64,000 bases of DNA from NCBI GenBank assembly GCA_963663165.1, contig OY760175.1:1056001-1120000 (forward strand), in the 5' to 3' direction. The notes beneath the pieces are model-generated. The model saw only the letters and a program-made list of their open reading frames with translations. It was not told where the DNA came from and made no database searches. Made by a program: the position numbers and the translations under genes. The DNA comes from an uncultured Desulfospira sp. Lineage in GTDB: Bacteria; Desulfobacterota; Desulfobacteria; Desulfobacterales; Desulfobacteraceae. Numbering within the stretch: position 1 is the first letter of the stretch; each line of letters begins with the position of its first letter. Below, piece by piece: positions 10,235 through 20,317 of this stretch.

Positions 10235-11749
10235 TCAAAGATCAAATCCGCAATAGGACAGATTAAAGCTTTTATTGTTCAATGGGAAATCCGATATCCC
10301 GGTATTCCGCAGGGCCATGGCAAGCCCGTTCCAGTTATGAAAAGAGGGATCCTTTATCTTATACCGCAGGATCTGCCCATTTTCATCGGTGAGTATGGCA
10401 TGGGAGACTTCGCCGCGCCACCCCTCGTTCAAGGTGACCACAAAGCTATCTGCCGGCAGGTCATCCACCCTGCCCTGCCCCACGCAACGGGTTTCCACCG
10501 GAATGGCGGCCAAGGATTCAACGATCTGAAGGGATTGCAGGATTTCATCGTACCGGACCCTGGCCCTGGCATAGACATCCCCGGTTTGTTTCGGGTTTTC
10601 CGGTATGCCCATGTGGGGATAATTTTCCGTTGGAAAGCAGCGCCTGACATCGTATGAAAGGCCGGAAGCCCTGCCAGCCGGCCCCACCAGTCCGAGATGA
10701 TCCGCATCTTCTTTGCTGACCCTGCCGCATCCCTCAAACCGCGCCCGGACCGTGACGGCGTTAAACAACAGCTCTAAGACATGCGCCACCTCGGGCCGCA
10801 GCTCTGAAAGCCGCTCATTTAAAACTTTTCTGACATCATCGGACAGTGAAAACCTTACCCCGCCGGGCCTGACCAGCCCTTTGCCAAACCGGTTGCCGCA
10901 GATCAAAAGGGAAAGGTTAAGAAAATCCCCCCGGATCCGTCCAAAGTAATTGGCCGGCGGCAAAAAGGCCACGTCCCCGCTCAAGGCCCCTAAATCACCG
11001 ATATGGTTGGCCAGACGTTCCAGCTCCAGGGCAATGGTCCGGATAACCTTCGCCCCCTGGTCCGGAACAATTCCGGTTAAGCCTTCAATGCCCTGGGCCA
11101 TGCACAGGCCATGGCCGATGGTGGTGTCTCCGGCAATGTTTTCGGCCAGGATGGGAAGCCGTTTGGGGGCCGCCCCCAAGAGCAGATCTTCTATCCCCCG
11201 GTGCTGGTATCCCAGCTGGATTTCAAGATGAAGGACCCGCTCCCCGATGCAGTTAAACCGGAAGTGGCCCGGTTCAATCACCCCGGCATGGACCGGCCCG
11301 ACCGCCACCTCATGGATCTGGTCGCCGTCCACCTGATAATAGGGATAGTTTCCCGGGATATCTTCGGTATAATCATTGCCGAATGCATCCTTGACCCCTT
11401 CCCTGCCATTGGGATGGTACCGGACCATTTTCAACCAGGGATGATCCTCAGGGATAATCCCGAACTGCTCGGCCATTTCCCTTTCAAACAGATGAAAGGG
11501 CTCACAGACCCTTGTCAGTGACGGATAAGACTCAGGGGCGTCACAACCGGCCGTAAACAAGTGGTCCTTCCGCAGCACCGCCATCATTTTAACGGCACCA
11601 TGGTCCTGGTAGGCAAAAAACTGAACCACCTTGGCACCGGCGGACACCATCTCAAGGGCATGTTTTCGAAAACTTTCAAAGGAAAGATGGGGAATCGCTT
11701 CCCGAAGGACTTTCTGCCCGTTTGAAATTTGTAAAAAATCGTTGATCAT
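10235..11749 (-). CDS. Ehr large subunit (HyfG/HycE/NuoCD-like) lacking the NiFe-binding CxxC motifs
   Basis: GPVHAGVIEPGHFRF, GYQHRGIE, ELERLANH, EGWRGE and DPSFHNW are present. The L1 site reads AENIAGDT and the C-terminus NLSYCGFDL, so neither CxxC is present. Confidence 0.88.
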   Translation of the reverse strand: MINDFLQISNGQKVLREAIPHLSFESFRKHALEMVSAGAKVVQFFAYQDHGAVKMMAVLRKDHLFTAGCDAPESYPSLTRVCEPFHLFEREMAEQFGIIPEDHPWLKMVRYHPNGREGVKDAFGNDYTEDIPGNYPYYQVDGDQIHEVAVGPVHAGVIEPGHFRFNCIGERVLHLEIQLGYQHRGIEDLLLGAAPKRLPILAENIAGDTTIGHGLCMAQGIEGLTGIVPDQGAKVIRTIALELERLANHIGDLGALSGDVAFLPPANYFGRIRGDFLNLSLLICGNRFGKGLVRPGGVRFSLSDDVRKVLNERLSELRPEVAHVLELLFNAVTVRARFEGCGRVSKEDADHLGLVGPAGRASGLSYDVRRCFPTENYPHMGIPENPKQTGDVYARARVRYDEILQSLQIVESLAAIPVETRCVGQGRVDDLPADSFVVTLNEGWRGEVSHAILTDENGQILRYKIKDPSFHNWNGLAMALRNTGISDFPLNNKSFNLSYCGFDL

Positions 11750-13170
11750 TTAAGCCCTCCGCCTAACGCCGTCACGGCATCCAATATGGTTTGATTCAGT
11801 GAATCCGGAATAAAAAAGCATAAGAATAGAGAGGTTAACAGCAGAATATACTGGGGATAGACCATGCCGGCCCGTTCTTTTATCTTGATGGCCGTATCGC
11901 TCTCATCAAAGGATATCTTCATGACCTGGTTGGCAAAGCCGGCAAAAATAACGCATAAGCTGAGGATAAAAATGGTGACGGCCACATGGAGCCCGGCTTT
12001 AAAGGCGGCCATGATGATGCAGACCTCCCCGATGAAAATGCCAAAGGGGGGAAATCCGGCAATCCCTGCAAAACCGGAAAAAAAGGCCACAAAGGTTCCG
12101 GGCATGTCCTTGAGCAGGTTACCGGTGCGATTGATCAGCCGGTCCCCGTATCCGAGCAGGATATTGCCTGAACACAGAAACAATGAGGACTTTATCAGGC
12201 TGTGATGGATCAGGCAGATTACGGCCCCGTATACCCCTAATCCGCCGACCCCGGTGCCAAAGGCAATGATGCCCATATTTTCGATACTGGAGTAGGCCAG
12301 CAGCCGCTTGTACTCGTTCTGCTTTAAAATAAAGGTAGCGGCCGCCAAAATGGACAACAGGCCGAACACCACCAGGATGGTGCCTGAGAAGTCGGCAAGA
12401 CCTGCCTTGACCATGATCTTGTTGGTTTTAAAAATCCCCAGATAAGCACAGTTGAGCAGCACCCCGGACAACAGGGCCGACGCCGGGCTTGGGGCTTCGC
12501 TGTGGGCATCGGGCAGCCAGGTGTGCATGGGGGCCAGGCCCATCTTAGTCCCATACCCCACCAGGATAAAAACAAAACCGGCTTTGAGCCAGACCGGATT
12601 AAGGGTTTTGGCCGCCATGGTCAGGGCGGAAAAGCTGATGGGCATGCCCGCGTTTTCCTGGCCCATGGAAAAGGTGATCAGGACAGACCCCAAAAGGGCC
12701 ATGGCAATCCCCACCGAACAGATCAGCACATACTTCCAGGTGGCCTCAAGGCAGGCTGCGGACCGGTGGGTGTATATCAGGGGGGCACTGGCCAGGGTAG
12801 TGGCTTCAATGGCAATCCACATGACCATGATATGGTCCGACAGGGTCACCATGGTCATGGTGGATAAAAACACCAGCATGGAGCCGGTGAACAGGCCTTC
12901 GGAAGGCAGGTTGCTTTCCTTAAGGTACCCGAGTGTGTAAATGGAGATCAGCAAAAACAACAGGGAGATCACCAGCAGGGAAAGCATGCCTTCCGGGGTG
13001 ATGGCAAAATACTGTTCAAAGGTTGCGGCCGGCTGGTTTTTCCAAAGCATCAGGGAAAGCACCAGATGGACCGCACCGGTCAGGACCAGCAGTGCCCTGC
13101 CCCCGGCCTTTGGCAGAAAAAAAGCAACAAGCCCTGCGATAAAGGGTGCCAGAAATACAATTTCAACCAT
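11746..13170 (-). CDS. hyfF: Proton-conducting antiporter-like membrane subunit (HyfF-like)
   Basis: Highly hydrophobic, with EATTL, GTKMGLAPMHTWLPDAHSEAP and KRLLAYSSIEN. Confidence 0.85.
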   Translation of the reverse strand: MVEIVFLAPFIAGLVAFFLPKAGGRALLVLTGAVHLVLSLMLWKNQPAATFEQYFAITPEGMLSLLVISLLFLLISIYTLGYLKESNLPSEGLFTGSMLVFLSTMTMVTLSDHIMVMWIAIEATTLASAPLIYTHRSAACLEATWKYVLICSVGIAMALLGSVLITFSMGQENAGMPISFSALTMAAKTLNPVWLKAGFVFILVGYGTKMGLAPMHTWLPDAHSEAPSPASALLSGVLLNCAYLGIFKTNKIMVKAGLADFSGTILVVFGLLSILAAATFILKQNEYKRLLAYSSIENMGIIAFGTGVGGLGVYGAVICLIHHSLIKSSLFLCSGNILLGYGDRLINRTGNLLKDMPGTFVAFFSGFAGIAGFPPFGIFIGEVCIIMAAFKAGLHVAVTIFILSLCVIFAGFANQVMKISFDESDTAIKIKERAGMVYPQYILLLTSLFLCFFIPDSLNQTILDAVTALGGGLK

Positions 13171-13179
13171 ACATCCCAC

Positions 13180-13824
13180 CTAATCCTTTAAAGTTCTGAG
13201 CAATGCCGTGTTCACGTCATCAAAGGTCTTTTTGATATTCCGGAGGATGACCGCCATGATCATGACACCGGCCAGCACATCCAGCAAAATCCCAAATTCA
13301 ACAATATGGCGGGCCGTGGCCGACAGGCCCGATCCCACCAGGTAAATTCCGTTTTCCATCATGATATAGCCGATCACCATGACAATGGCATTCCGGCGGG
13401 CCATGAGCAGGAACATGCCCGTTATCAAAAGGGCAATGGCCGCAGGCGCCATCAGCTTGTAACCGCTGACCGTAACAATATCGAGCCGGGCCGAAAGATA
13501 GGTGGCCGCAATAATCACGGCAAGGCCGCAGAAAATAGAGGCATGATACCCCACAATAGGTTCCACTTCCCGCTGGATGGCCCCTTTTCTGACCGCCACC
13601 CAGATGCTCAGGGGAATAACAATCCCCCGGATAAGCAAGGTGGCAAGGGTAAACAAGGTGCCGCCCGGACTCATGTCATGGCCGATGAAAAAGGGAAGCA
13701 GGGAAATCACAATGCCCTGAAAGGCCAGCAGCTTGATCAGGACCCGGACCCGGCTGGAGCCAAAGGAAAACAGAAGCGACACCAGGACCAGGGATAAAAT
13801 AATGTCCACCAAATTGAGTATCAT
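13180..13824 (-). CDS. hyfE: HyfE-like membrane subunit
   Basis: Multi-TM protein with REVEP, GYIMMENG and EFGILLD; operon position fits. Confidence 0.8.
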   Translation of the reverse strand: MILNLVDIILSLVLVSLLFSFGSSRVRVLIKLLAFQGIVISLLPFFIGHDMSPGGTLFTLATLLIRGIVIPLSIWVAVRKGAIQREVEPIVGYHASIFCGLAVIIAATYLSARLDIVTVSGYKLMAPAAIALLITGMFLLMARRNAIVMVIGYIMMENGIYLVGSGLSATARHIVEFGILLDVLAGVMIMAVILRNIKKTFDDVNTALLRTLKD

Positions 13825-14741
13825 TTAACAAACTCCAGGGTTATGATGGTTGCAAAAAAGGCCAGGGCAAAGGAGGTCAGCACAAACAGGGGCACCTTGT
13901 CCATGCGGTACCGGGCCATGACCGACTCGGTCACCCCCACGGCCGTATACACCACCAGAAGGCCGATGACATACAGCAAAAGAGAAGCACCGAAAATCGG
14001 AATTTCAAAGGGAAGAATCATGTTGGAGATAATGGTGGCATAGAACATGAGCTTGCAAAAGGAACCCAGCTCAATGAGGCCGAAATCCGGGCCGCTGTGG
14101 TCCAGCACCATGACTTCGTGGATCATGGTCAACTCAAGATGGGTGGCCGGATCATCCACCGGCACCCTTGAATTCTCCGTTAGCAGGATAATGAAAAAGG
14201 AGATCACGACAAACAGCACCGGCGCACCGGCCAGGCCCCACATGCCGGCGGCGTGGCCGCCGCTAAAATAGGCGCCCAGTTGCAACTGCCCGGTGAGGCG
14301 GTAAAAGAAGATCAGGATCATGAACATGGCGGCCTCGCAGATAATGGGGAAATAGGCTTCCCTGGCAGCCCCCATGCCTTCAAAGGGAGAGGCGGTATCC
14401 ATGGCCGCAGCAATGGTTAAAAACCGGCCAAGCCCCAGAAGATACAAGATAAAAATCACATCCCCGTTAAAGGAAAATATGGGGGCATGGCCTGCAATGG
14501 GCAAAAACATGAGAACCGTAACGGATGCGGCAAATGAAACAATGGGCCCCAGTTTAAACACATAGGTGGTGCTGTTGCTGTAAACCGATCCCTTTTGGAA
14601 CAGTTTGATCAACGTATAGTAATTGATCAGCAGGGGCGGCCCCTTTTTCCCCCCGAAAAAGGCCTTGACCTTGAGAATCAGGCCCGAAAAAAACGGTGCG
14701 ATTAAAATGGCCCCAAGCCAGAGTAAAATGGATTGAATCAT
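13821..14741 (-). CDS. hyfC: HyfC/NuoH-like membrane subunit
   Basis: GPP, FEGMGAARE and ENSRVPVDDPATHLELTMIHE. Confidence 0.88.
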   Translation of the reverse strand: MIQSILLWLGAILIAPFFSGLILKVKAFFGGKKGPPLLINYYTLIKLFQKGSVYSNSTTYVFKLGPIVSFAASVTVLMFLPIAGHAPIFSFNGDVIFILYLLGLGRFLTIAAAMDTASPFEGMGAAREAYFPIICEAAMFMILIFFYRLTGQLQLGAYFSGGHAAGMWGLAGAPVLFVVISFFIILLTENSRVPVDDPATHLELTMIHEVMVLDHSGPDFGLIELGSFCKLMFYATIISNMILPFEIPIFGASLLLYVIGLLVVYTAVGVTESVMARYRMDKVPLFVLTSFALAFFATIITLEFVK

Positions 14742-14763
14742 GTCAGGTTTCCCTTGTTCTTTA

Positions 14764-14850
14764 AGCTTTTAGCTATTAGCTTTTAGCTGTTAGCATTTAT
14801 CTGTTACGGGAACTCATTGCTAACAGCTAATGGCTAACGGCTAACAGCTT
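14764..14850. repeat. Inverted arrays of a T(T/A/G)TTAGC heptamer inside the ehr operon
   Basis: ttttagc tattagc ttttagc tgttagc ... gctaaca gctaatg gctaacg gctaaca, which can fold into one long hairpin. Confidence 0.85.
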
Positions 14851-16821
14851 TCAAATAAAAACCAGCAGCAATACAATTGCCAGCAAAATATATCCGATAT
14901 AAAGGTGGATGTCCCCGTGCTGGATCCATCGAAGTTTGTCAAACAGGATCATGACCGGCCGGACAATCACATGTTCCATATGAAGTTCTGCAATATCGCT
15001 GACATGGCTGTGGTAATGGGTTTTGGCCGGAAACCGCCCTTTTATGGGCGGATGCGCCTCGGACAAGGGGGCGGCGAAACTGAAAAATTCCAGAATGGCG
15101 CCGGCAAAAGAGGTGCCGGTATACTGCATTTTAACCGTGGGCTGTGTAAACCCGCATCCCCAGGTTCCCGATTTCGTGACGGTCTTGTTCTTGTAAAAGA
15201 CGGTCCGAAGCCCCAGGGTGATCAGGACAAGGACCAGAAACAGCAGTGCCCCAAAGGTTATGTTGGAGGTCATCTGACCAAAGGGTTCTATGGGGATCCG
15301 ACCGTAGTCCAGCCCAAGGGCTGATACCGCCTTAAAGGCCATATGGATAAACAGCCTTGGAAACACGCCGATAAGGGCACAGGCCCCTGCCAGGACAGCC
15401 ATGGCCACCAGCATGGTGGATCCTTTTTCCACGGCATTTTCAGCGGCCTTTGCCCGGGGTTCCCCCTGAAAGACCACCCCCACCACCTTGGTAAAGCAGG
15501 CCAGGGCCAGCCCCCCGATAACGGCAAGGCCGATAATGGCAAACACGCTCATGGCAAAGGCCCAGGACCCCAGGGGGATGGATTTGAAACTGCCCATGTA
15601 GATTAAAAACTCACTGACAAACCCGTTAAAAGGCGGCAGCCCTGAAATGGCCAGGGAGCCGATGATAAAGGTGGTTCCGGTGATTTTCATGCCCTTGAGA
15701 AGCCCGCCCAGGGCATCGATGGTCCCGGTCCCGGTCCGGTGAAGCACCATGCCGGCCCCCATGAAGAGCAGGGATTTAAAAATGCTGTGGTTGAGCACAT
15801 GGAGAATGGCCCCGGAAAATCCCAGAACCGCCACCAGGGGGTTGCCCGATGCGGCACCGATCATTCCGATGCCCATTCCGATAAGGATAATGCCGATGTT
15901 TTCAACACTGTGGTAGGCCAAAAGCCGTTTGAGGTCATGCTGGCCCAAGGCATAAACCACCCCTAAAATGCCGGAAACCACCCCGGCGATCAGGGCAATG
16001 TAACCGAACAGTGGGCAATGGAACCCCAGGATCGCGTAAATTCGCAGGATACCGTAAATCCCGGTTTTGATCATGACACCGGACATGACGGCCGAAATAT
16101 GGCTCGGGGCTGCCGGATGGGCATGGGGAAGCCAGACATGGAAGGGAAACACACCGGCTTTCGAACCAAATCCCACAAAAGCAAAGATAAAAATAAGGAT
16201 TTTCACGGTTTCCGGAACTGTATCCATGGCACCACCCGTGGGACCAAACCCAAAGCTGCCGGTGTATCCGTAGATCAGGCCGAATGCGGCCAGGATAAAC
16301 ATGGCCCCGACATGGGAAAAGACAAAGTAAAGAAACCCGGCCTTCCGGTTCTCGGCCGATTCATGGCCGTAAATGACCAGAAAAAAGGAGGACAGCGACA
16401 TGATTTCCCATGAAAACATAAAGGAAATAATGTTGGCGGCTGTGACCACAAGGGCCATGGAAGCGATCAGGAGACTGAAGAAAAAATAATTGATCCCGGT
16501 TTTTACACTGGCGGTTTCATTTTCCATGTAATGAAAGCTGTAAACCGAGGCCATCAGGGAAACCGCAAATATGGCCGAAAGGAAAAAAGCAGACAGGCCG
16601 TCGATGCGAAAGGACAGAAAAAAAAGATCCAGGTACTTAAAAGAGGCATCGGTCCAGGTGTTGTTTAAAAGCCGGTTGCCGGCATCCAGCAGCCCAAGAA
16701 AACAACCGGCCCCGAGAAACAGGACCGCAACCATCCTGGAAAACCGGGCCTGCCGGGCAAAGACAAGAGACGCCAGGCCTCCCGATAAAATAATCAATAT
16801 GGAACTAAAAAATGGACTCAT
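14851..16821 (-). CDS. hyfB: HyfB-like proton-conducting membrane subunit
   Basis: WEIMSLSS, KAGVFPFHVWLPHAHPAAPS, KRLLAYHSVENIG and WGCG...MQYT. Confidence 0.88.
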   Translation of the reverse strand: MSPFFSSILIILSGGLASLVFARQARFSRMVAVLFLGAGCFLGLLDAGNRLLNNTWTDASFKYLDLFFLSFRIDGLSAFFLSAIFAVSLMASVYSFHYMENETASVKTGINYFFFSLLIASMALVVTAANIISFMFSWEIMSLSSFFLVIYGHESAENRKAGFLYFVFSHVGAMFILAAFGLIYGYTGSFGFGPTGGAMDTVPETVKILIFIFAFVGFGSKAGVFPFHVWLPHAHPAAPSHISAVMSGVMIKTGIYGILRIYAILGFHCPLFGYIALIAGVVSGILGVVYALGQHDLKRLLAYHSVENIGIILIGMGIGMIGAASGNPLVAVLGFSGAILHVLNHSIFKSLLFMGAGMVLHRTGTGTIDALGGLLKGMKITGTTFIIGSLAISGLPPFNGFVSEFLIYMGSFKSIPLGSWAFAMSVFAIIGLAVIGGLALACFTKVVGVVFQGEPRAKAAENAVEKGSTMLVAMAVLAGACALIGVFPRLFIHMAFKAVSALGLDYGRIPIEPFGQMTSNITFGALLFLVLVLITLGLRTVFYKNKTVTKSGTWGCGFTQPTVKMQYTGTSFAGAILEFFSFAAPLSEAHPPIKGRFPAKTHYHSHVSDIAELHMEHVIVRPVMILFDKLRWIQHGDIHLYIGYILLAIVLLLVFI

Positions 16822-17024
16822 ACCCTCCCCAATTCACCCAAAATTCAAATTTGACTGTCAATTTATCAAGAACGAAAAAATTCCTGCTATGTAAGTATTG
16901 TTTCACAGATTTGTCAAGACATTTGTTACAAAATGAAACACTTCTAACAAAAGATTAATGGGCCGAAAACCTAAGGCTTTGAGATATATGGTATTCGGTC
17001 AAGCCCTCCTGTTTGGACCAGACG

Positions 17025-18260
17025 CTAGTGGCGGGAAACGATGGGATGCCCTTCCGTATCAATGTCAATGGCCACCGTATCCGATGTTTTAAAGCCCAGC
17101 CGTTTAAATTCCCGGACCACTTCCTGATGGCGGTCCACATGCCAGTAAACCGACCAGAGGGGGTTTCTGACCGTGTCAATGCCGTATGCATCATGGCTGC
17201 ACAGGTTGATTCTGAACTTATCCTTTGCAATAAGGGTGTCGGCTTCGGAAAGAAAAATGTCTATCTGGTAAAGGTGGGCATGAAGGACCTTGGACACGGT
17301 TTTCTGGGCCTCAGGGTACTCATCTAAATAATGGTTGGCAATCTGGTACAGTTCCCGGGCATCCTGGATGGAAAAGCCAAGAACGGCAAACCGCTGATTC
17401 CTTAATGCAAACCGCTCCATCTCCTCTTCATAGGATTTGACATAATCAATGATCACCTGAAGGTCGGCATCCTGCTGCTTTGAGTGATGGACATAGTCCT
17501 CGCACCGGCTGATCACCTCAATATAGAAATCCTTGTTGTTCATGACATAGACGGGTCTTTCCCGGTAGTTTCGCCGTTTGCGGATTCTTCTGACCCCGTC
17601 CAGTTTGACCGACAGTTCATTCTCGCGGTCCTCAAGGGTTTCGATGCCTGAAATATCCTTGGCCTGGACCACATAAATATCCCCTTGTGTTGAAACAATA
17701 TATTCAATCTCGCACCGGAATCCCAAGATCTTTTGAATATTCTCGGAAAGCTGCATAAACCGTCTGTCGTGGGGGGTCCGGGTGATATGGGGGTCGCTTT
17801 CCACCTTATGGCTGCGGTTTCTGGTATATCCGAATTCCCAGTGGTTGCCGATCTTTTTTGCCATGACGCTGGAACCGGTAATAAAGGGCATGACAATCAC
17901 CCCCATTTCATCGATGTCAATCTGGGGGGCCTGGTTAAACACCTGCTGACGCTGGATGGAAAGCCGTTTGGAAGTCCTGGCCAGCTTGATCATCTTGTTT
18001 CTGGCATATTTAATGCCGGCAATATCGGCATAGGTATCCAGGGAATCAAAGGTGCCCCCTTTGAAAAAAGATTCCAGGGGGTGGGCGCTCCTGGCAATCA
18101 CCTTATAACTTTCCCGGTGTTTTTCTAAAAAGGACTCAAGTTCCTCAAAATCCCCATCAACAAACTTTTGGGCGGGGACATAAATAAACCCCGGGACATT
18201 GAAACCATATTCTGATAATTTTTCCAGCAGTTTAACCTTTTCAGAAACTTTGTTTTCCAT
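17025..18260 (-). CDS. Hypothetical protein with a reduced PEP/pyruvate-binding (PPDK_N, ATP-grasp-like) N-terminal domain
   Basis: K..L..L...GFNVPGF, ARSAHPLE..FKGGTFDS and EIEYIV...IYVVQAKDI resemble PEP synthase N-domain motifs. No His-phosphocarrier domain is visible. Confidence 0.55.
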   Translation of the reverse strand: MENKVSEKVKLLEKLSEYGFNVPGFIYVPAQKFVDGDFEELESFLEKHRESYKVIARSAHPLESFFKGGTFDSLDTYADIAGIKYARNKMIKLARTSKRLSIQRQQVFNQAPQIDIDEMGVIVMPFITGSSVMAKKIGNHWEFGYTRNRSHKVESDPHITRTPHDRRFMQLSENIQKILGFRCEIEYIVSTQGDIYVVQAKDISGIETLEDRENELSVKLDGVRRIRKRRNYRERPVYVMNNKDFYIEVISRCEDYVHHSKQQDADLQVIIDYVKSYEEEMERFALRNQRFAVLGFSIQDARELYQIANHYLDEYPEAQKTVSKVLHAHLYQIDIFLSEADTLIAKDKFRINLCSHDAYGIDTVRNPLWSVYWHVDRHQEVVREFKRLGFKTSDTVAIDIDTEGHPIVSRH

Positions 18261-18401
18261 GATTTTTCTTGACTTTTATTAGAATAGAAATTTAAATACT
18301 CGGGTCAAACTCAATCGCAGGGTTGACTATTCAGGGTGGTACCATATGTCCGGACAATTTGCAATGCCATATAGACACCCTATCCGTTCAGGAGACGTAA
18401 C

Positions 18402-18782
18402 GTGAAAATACTACTGGTTGATGACGAAGTAGAGTTTGTCCAGACCCTTGCCGAACGGCTTCAAATGAGGGATATGGACACAACGGTTGTGTATAACGGG
18501 CCCAGTGCCCTGGAACGGATTCAGGCCGATCCCCCTGAAATCATGATCCTGGATTTAAAGCTTCCCCGGATGGACGGCATGGAAATCTTAAAGTCGGTCA
18601 AACAGGTTCAGCCCGGTATAGAGGTTATCATTCTGACCGGCCACGGGTCTGAACAGGACCGGCTCAAGTGCATGGACCTTGGCGCCTTTGATTATATGCA
18701 AAAGCCCGTTGACATTGCCCTGCTGAGTGGCACCCTGAAAAAAGCCCATCAAAAAGCCGTCCAGACCGCCTCAGGCTGTTAG
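18402..18782 (+). CDS. Single-domain response regulator
   Basis: LLVDDE, ILDLKLP, LTGHG and QKP; GTG start after AGGAG. Confidence 0.9.
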   Translation: MKILLVDDEVEFVQTLAERLQMRDMDTTVVYNGPSALERIQADPPEIMILDLKLPRMDGMEILKSVKQVQPGIEVIILTGHGSEQDRLKCMDLGAFDYMQKPVDIALLSGTLKKAHQKAVQTASGC

Positions 18783-18853
18783 GCAGCACCACCGCAGTGC
18801 ATTCTATGCTTGACGAAATAGATGGATTTGCCCTAGAATCAAATTAATCTATT

Positions 18854-20314
18854 ATGAAGCGATTAAACAAATTCAAACCCGCCTTCTGGGACCACCGGGA
18901 CATCACGGCTGACCGGCCCTTAAGCGGGATCAGTTTTGCCGGAAAGTGGAAGATCATTGTGGGGTTTACCTCCTTTATGGCCCTTCTGCCTTTGGCCGTC
19001 ATGACCTTTATGGAGGTCAGCCTTACCCGGCAGATTGTTCAAGATGAAATCAGGGACAGCATGGACACCCTGACGGCCTCGGCCGTGGCGGCCATATCCC
19101 TTGAATCCAATCCTGAAACCGCTGTAACAGATTATCTTTCAAGGTTTGATCTGAACAGCGGCGGGGACCTGTTTGCCATTAACATGGCCGGCAGGCCGGT
19201 GACCCCCTCCCGGTATTTTAAGGGTGTCGACAGCCTGCCCGCCGGCATTTATGCCGCCGGCAACCATGGCTCCGCCACGGTCATCACCAAGGACAAAGAG
19301 ACCTTTCTGGTCTCCCATGCCAGAATCCCGGACTCGGACCTGACCCTGGTATACGCCAGAAGCCGGGACCAGATCACCCGGCAATACTTTGCCCCCCGGC
19401 TGAAACTGGCGGGATACCTGGTGGTGAGTATTGTTCTCATTGTCCTGTCCATCATGGGCCTTGCCACCTTTCTGGTGGGAAAAATCCATGCGGCCGACAA
19501 ACGAAGGACCCAGGCCCTTCACCGGGCGGAAAACGAAAACAAACTGGCCTCCATCGGCCGGCTGGCCTCGGGCGTGGCCCATGAGATCAACAACCCCCTG
19601 GCCATCATCAATCAGAAAACCGGCCTGATCCTGGATCTGCTGGAACTCAAGGAAAAACGGCCGGCCGACGACCGGCTGGTCACCCTTTCCCATGATGTTC
19701 TCAATGCTGTGAAACGGTGCGGCAGCATCACCCGGCAGATGCTGGATTTTGCAAGACACATGGAACCGTGTGTCCAGCCGGTGGATCTATATGAAATTAT
19801 TGATATGGTCCTTTCCTTTTTAAAGCCTGAGGCCGAAAAAAAACAGCTGATTATCTCTGTGGAAAACATCGGCACGGTTCAGGGGCTGGTCTGTGACCGG
19901 GGAAGCCTTCAGCAGATTTTTCTCAACCTGTTTGACAATGCCTTTGCCGCCATGGAAGACGGGGGACAGCTTACTATCGGCATCCAGGTAAAAAAAAGGC
20001 AGCACGTATGGGTGGTCATTTCCGATACCGGGGTCGGCATTCCCGAGGAAGACCTGCCCAATATTTTTGAACCTTTTTATTCTTCTAAAAATGAACATTG
20101 GGGAACAGGCCTTGGGCTATCCATTACCTACGGCCTGATCAAAAAAATGGGGGCCGATATCCTGGTTACCTCAACCGTGGGAAAAGGCACCCGCTTCACG
20201 CTTATTCTGCCCTTAACACAGGATAAAGACCGAATCTGTGCCCCCCCAAATCCACCGGAACCCTTAATTGAACCCATTCTTAACCCCATACCGGAACCAA
20301 ACCCCAAAGGGTAA
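18854..20314 (+). CDS. Membrane sensor histidine kinase
   Basis: Two TM segments, H-box AHEINNPL, N-box NLFDNA, DTGVG, FEPF and GTGLGL. Confidence 0.92.
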   Translation: MKRLNKFKPAFWDHRDITADRPLSGISFAGKWKIIVGFTSFMALLPLAVMTFMEVSLTRQIVQDEIRDSMDTLTASAVAAISLESNPETAVTDYLSRFDLNSGGDLFAINMAGRPVTPSRYFKGVDSLPAGIYAAGNHGSATVITKDKETFLVSHARIPDSDLTLVYARSRDQITRQYFAPRLKLAGYLVVSIVLIVLSIMGLATFLVGKIHAADKRRTQALHRAENENKLASIGRLASGVAHEINNPLAIINQKTGLILDLLELKEKRPADDRLVTLSHDVLNAVKRCGSITRQMLDFARHMEPCVQPVDLYEIIDMVLSFLKPEAEKKQLIISVENIGTVQGLVCDRGSLQQIFLNLFDNAFAAMEDGGQLTIGIQVKKRQHVWVVISDTGVGIPEEDLPNIFEPFYSSKNEHWGTGLGLSITYGLIKKMGADILVTSTVGKGTRFTLILPLTQDKDRICAPPNPPEPLIEPILNPIPEPNPKG

Positions 20315-20317
20315 CAA

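Noticed and set aside
10235..11749. Group 4 [NiFe]-hydrogenase large subunit
   Set aside because: Both Ni-binding CxxC motifs are absent.
16890..16941. Rex operator upstream of the ehr operon
   Set aside because: Only a half-site (TGTGAA) matches, with no convincing full palindrome.
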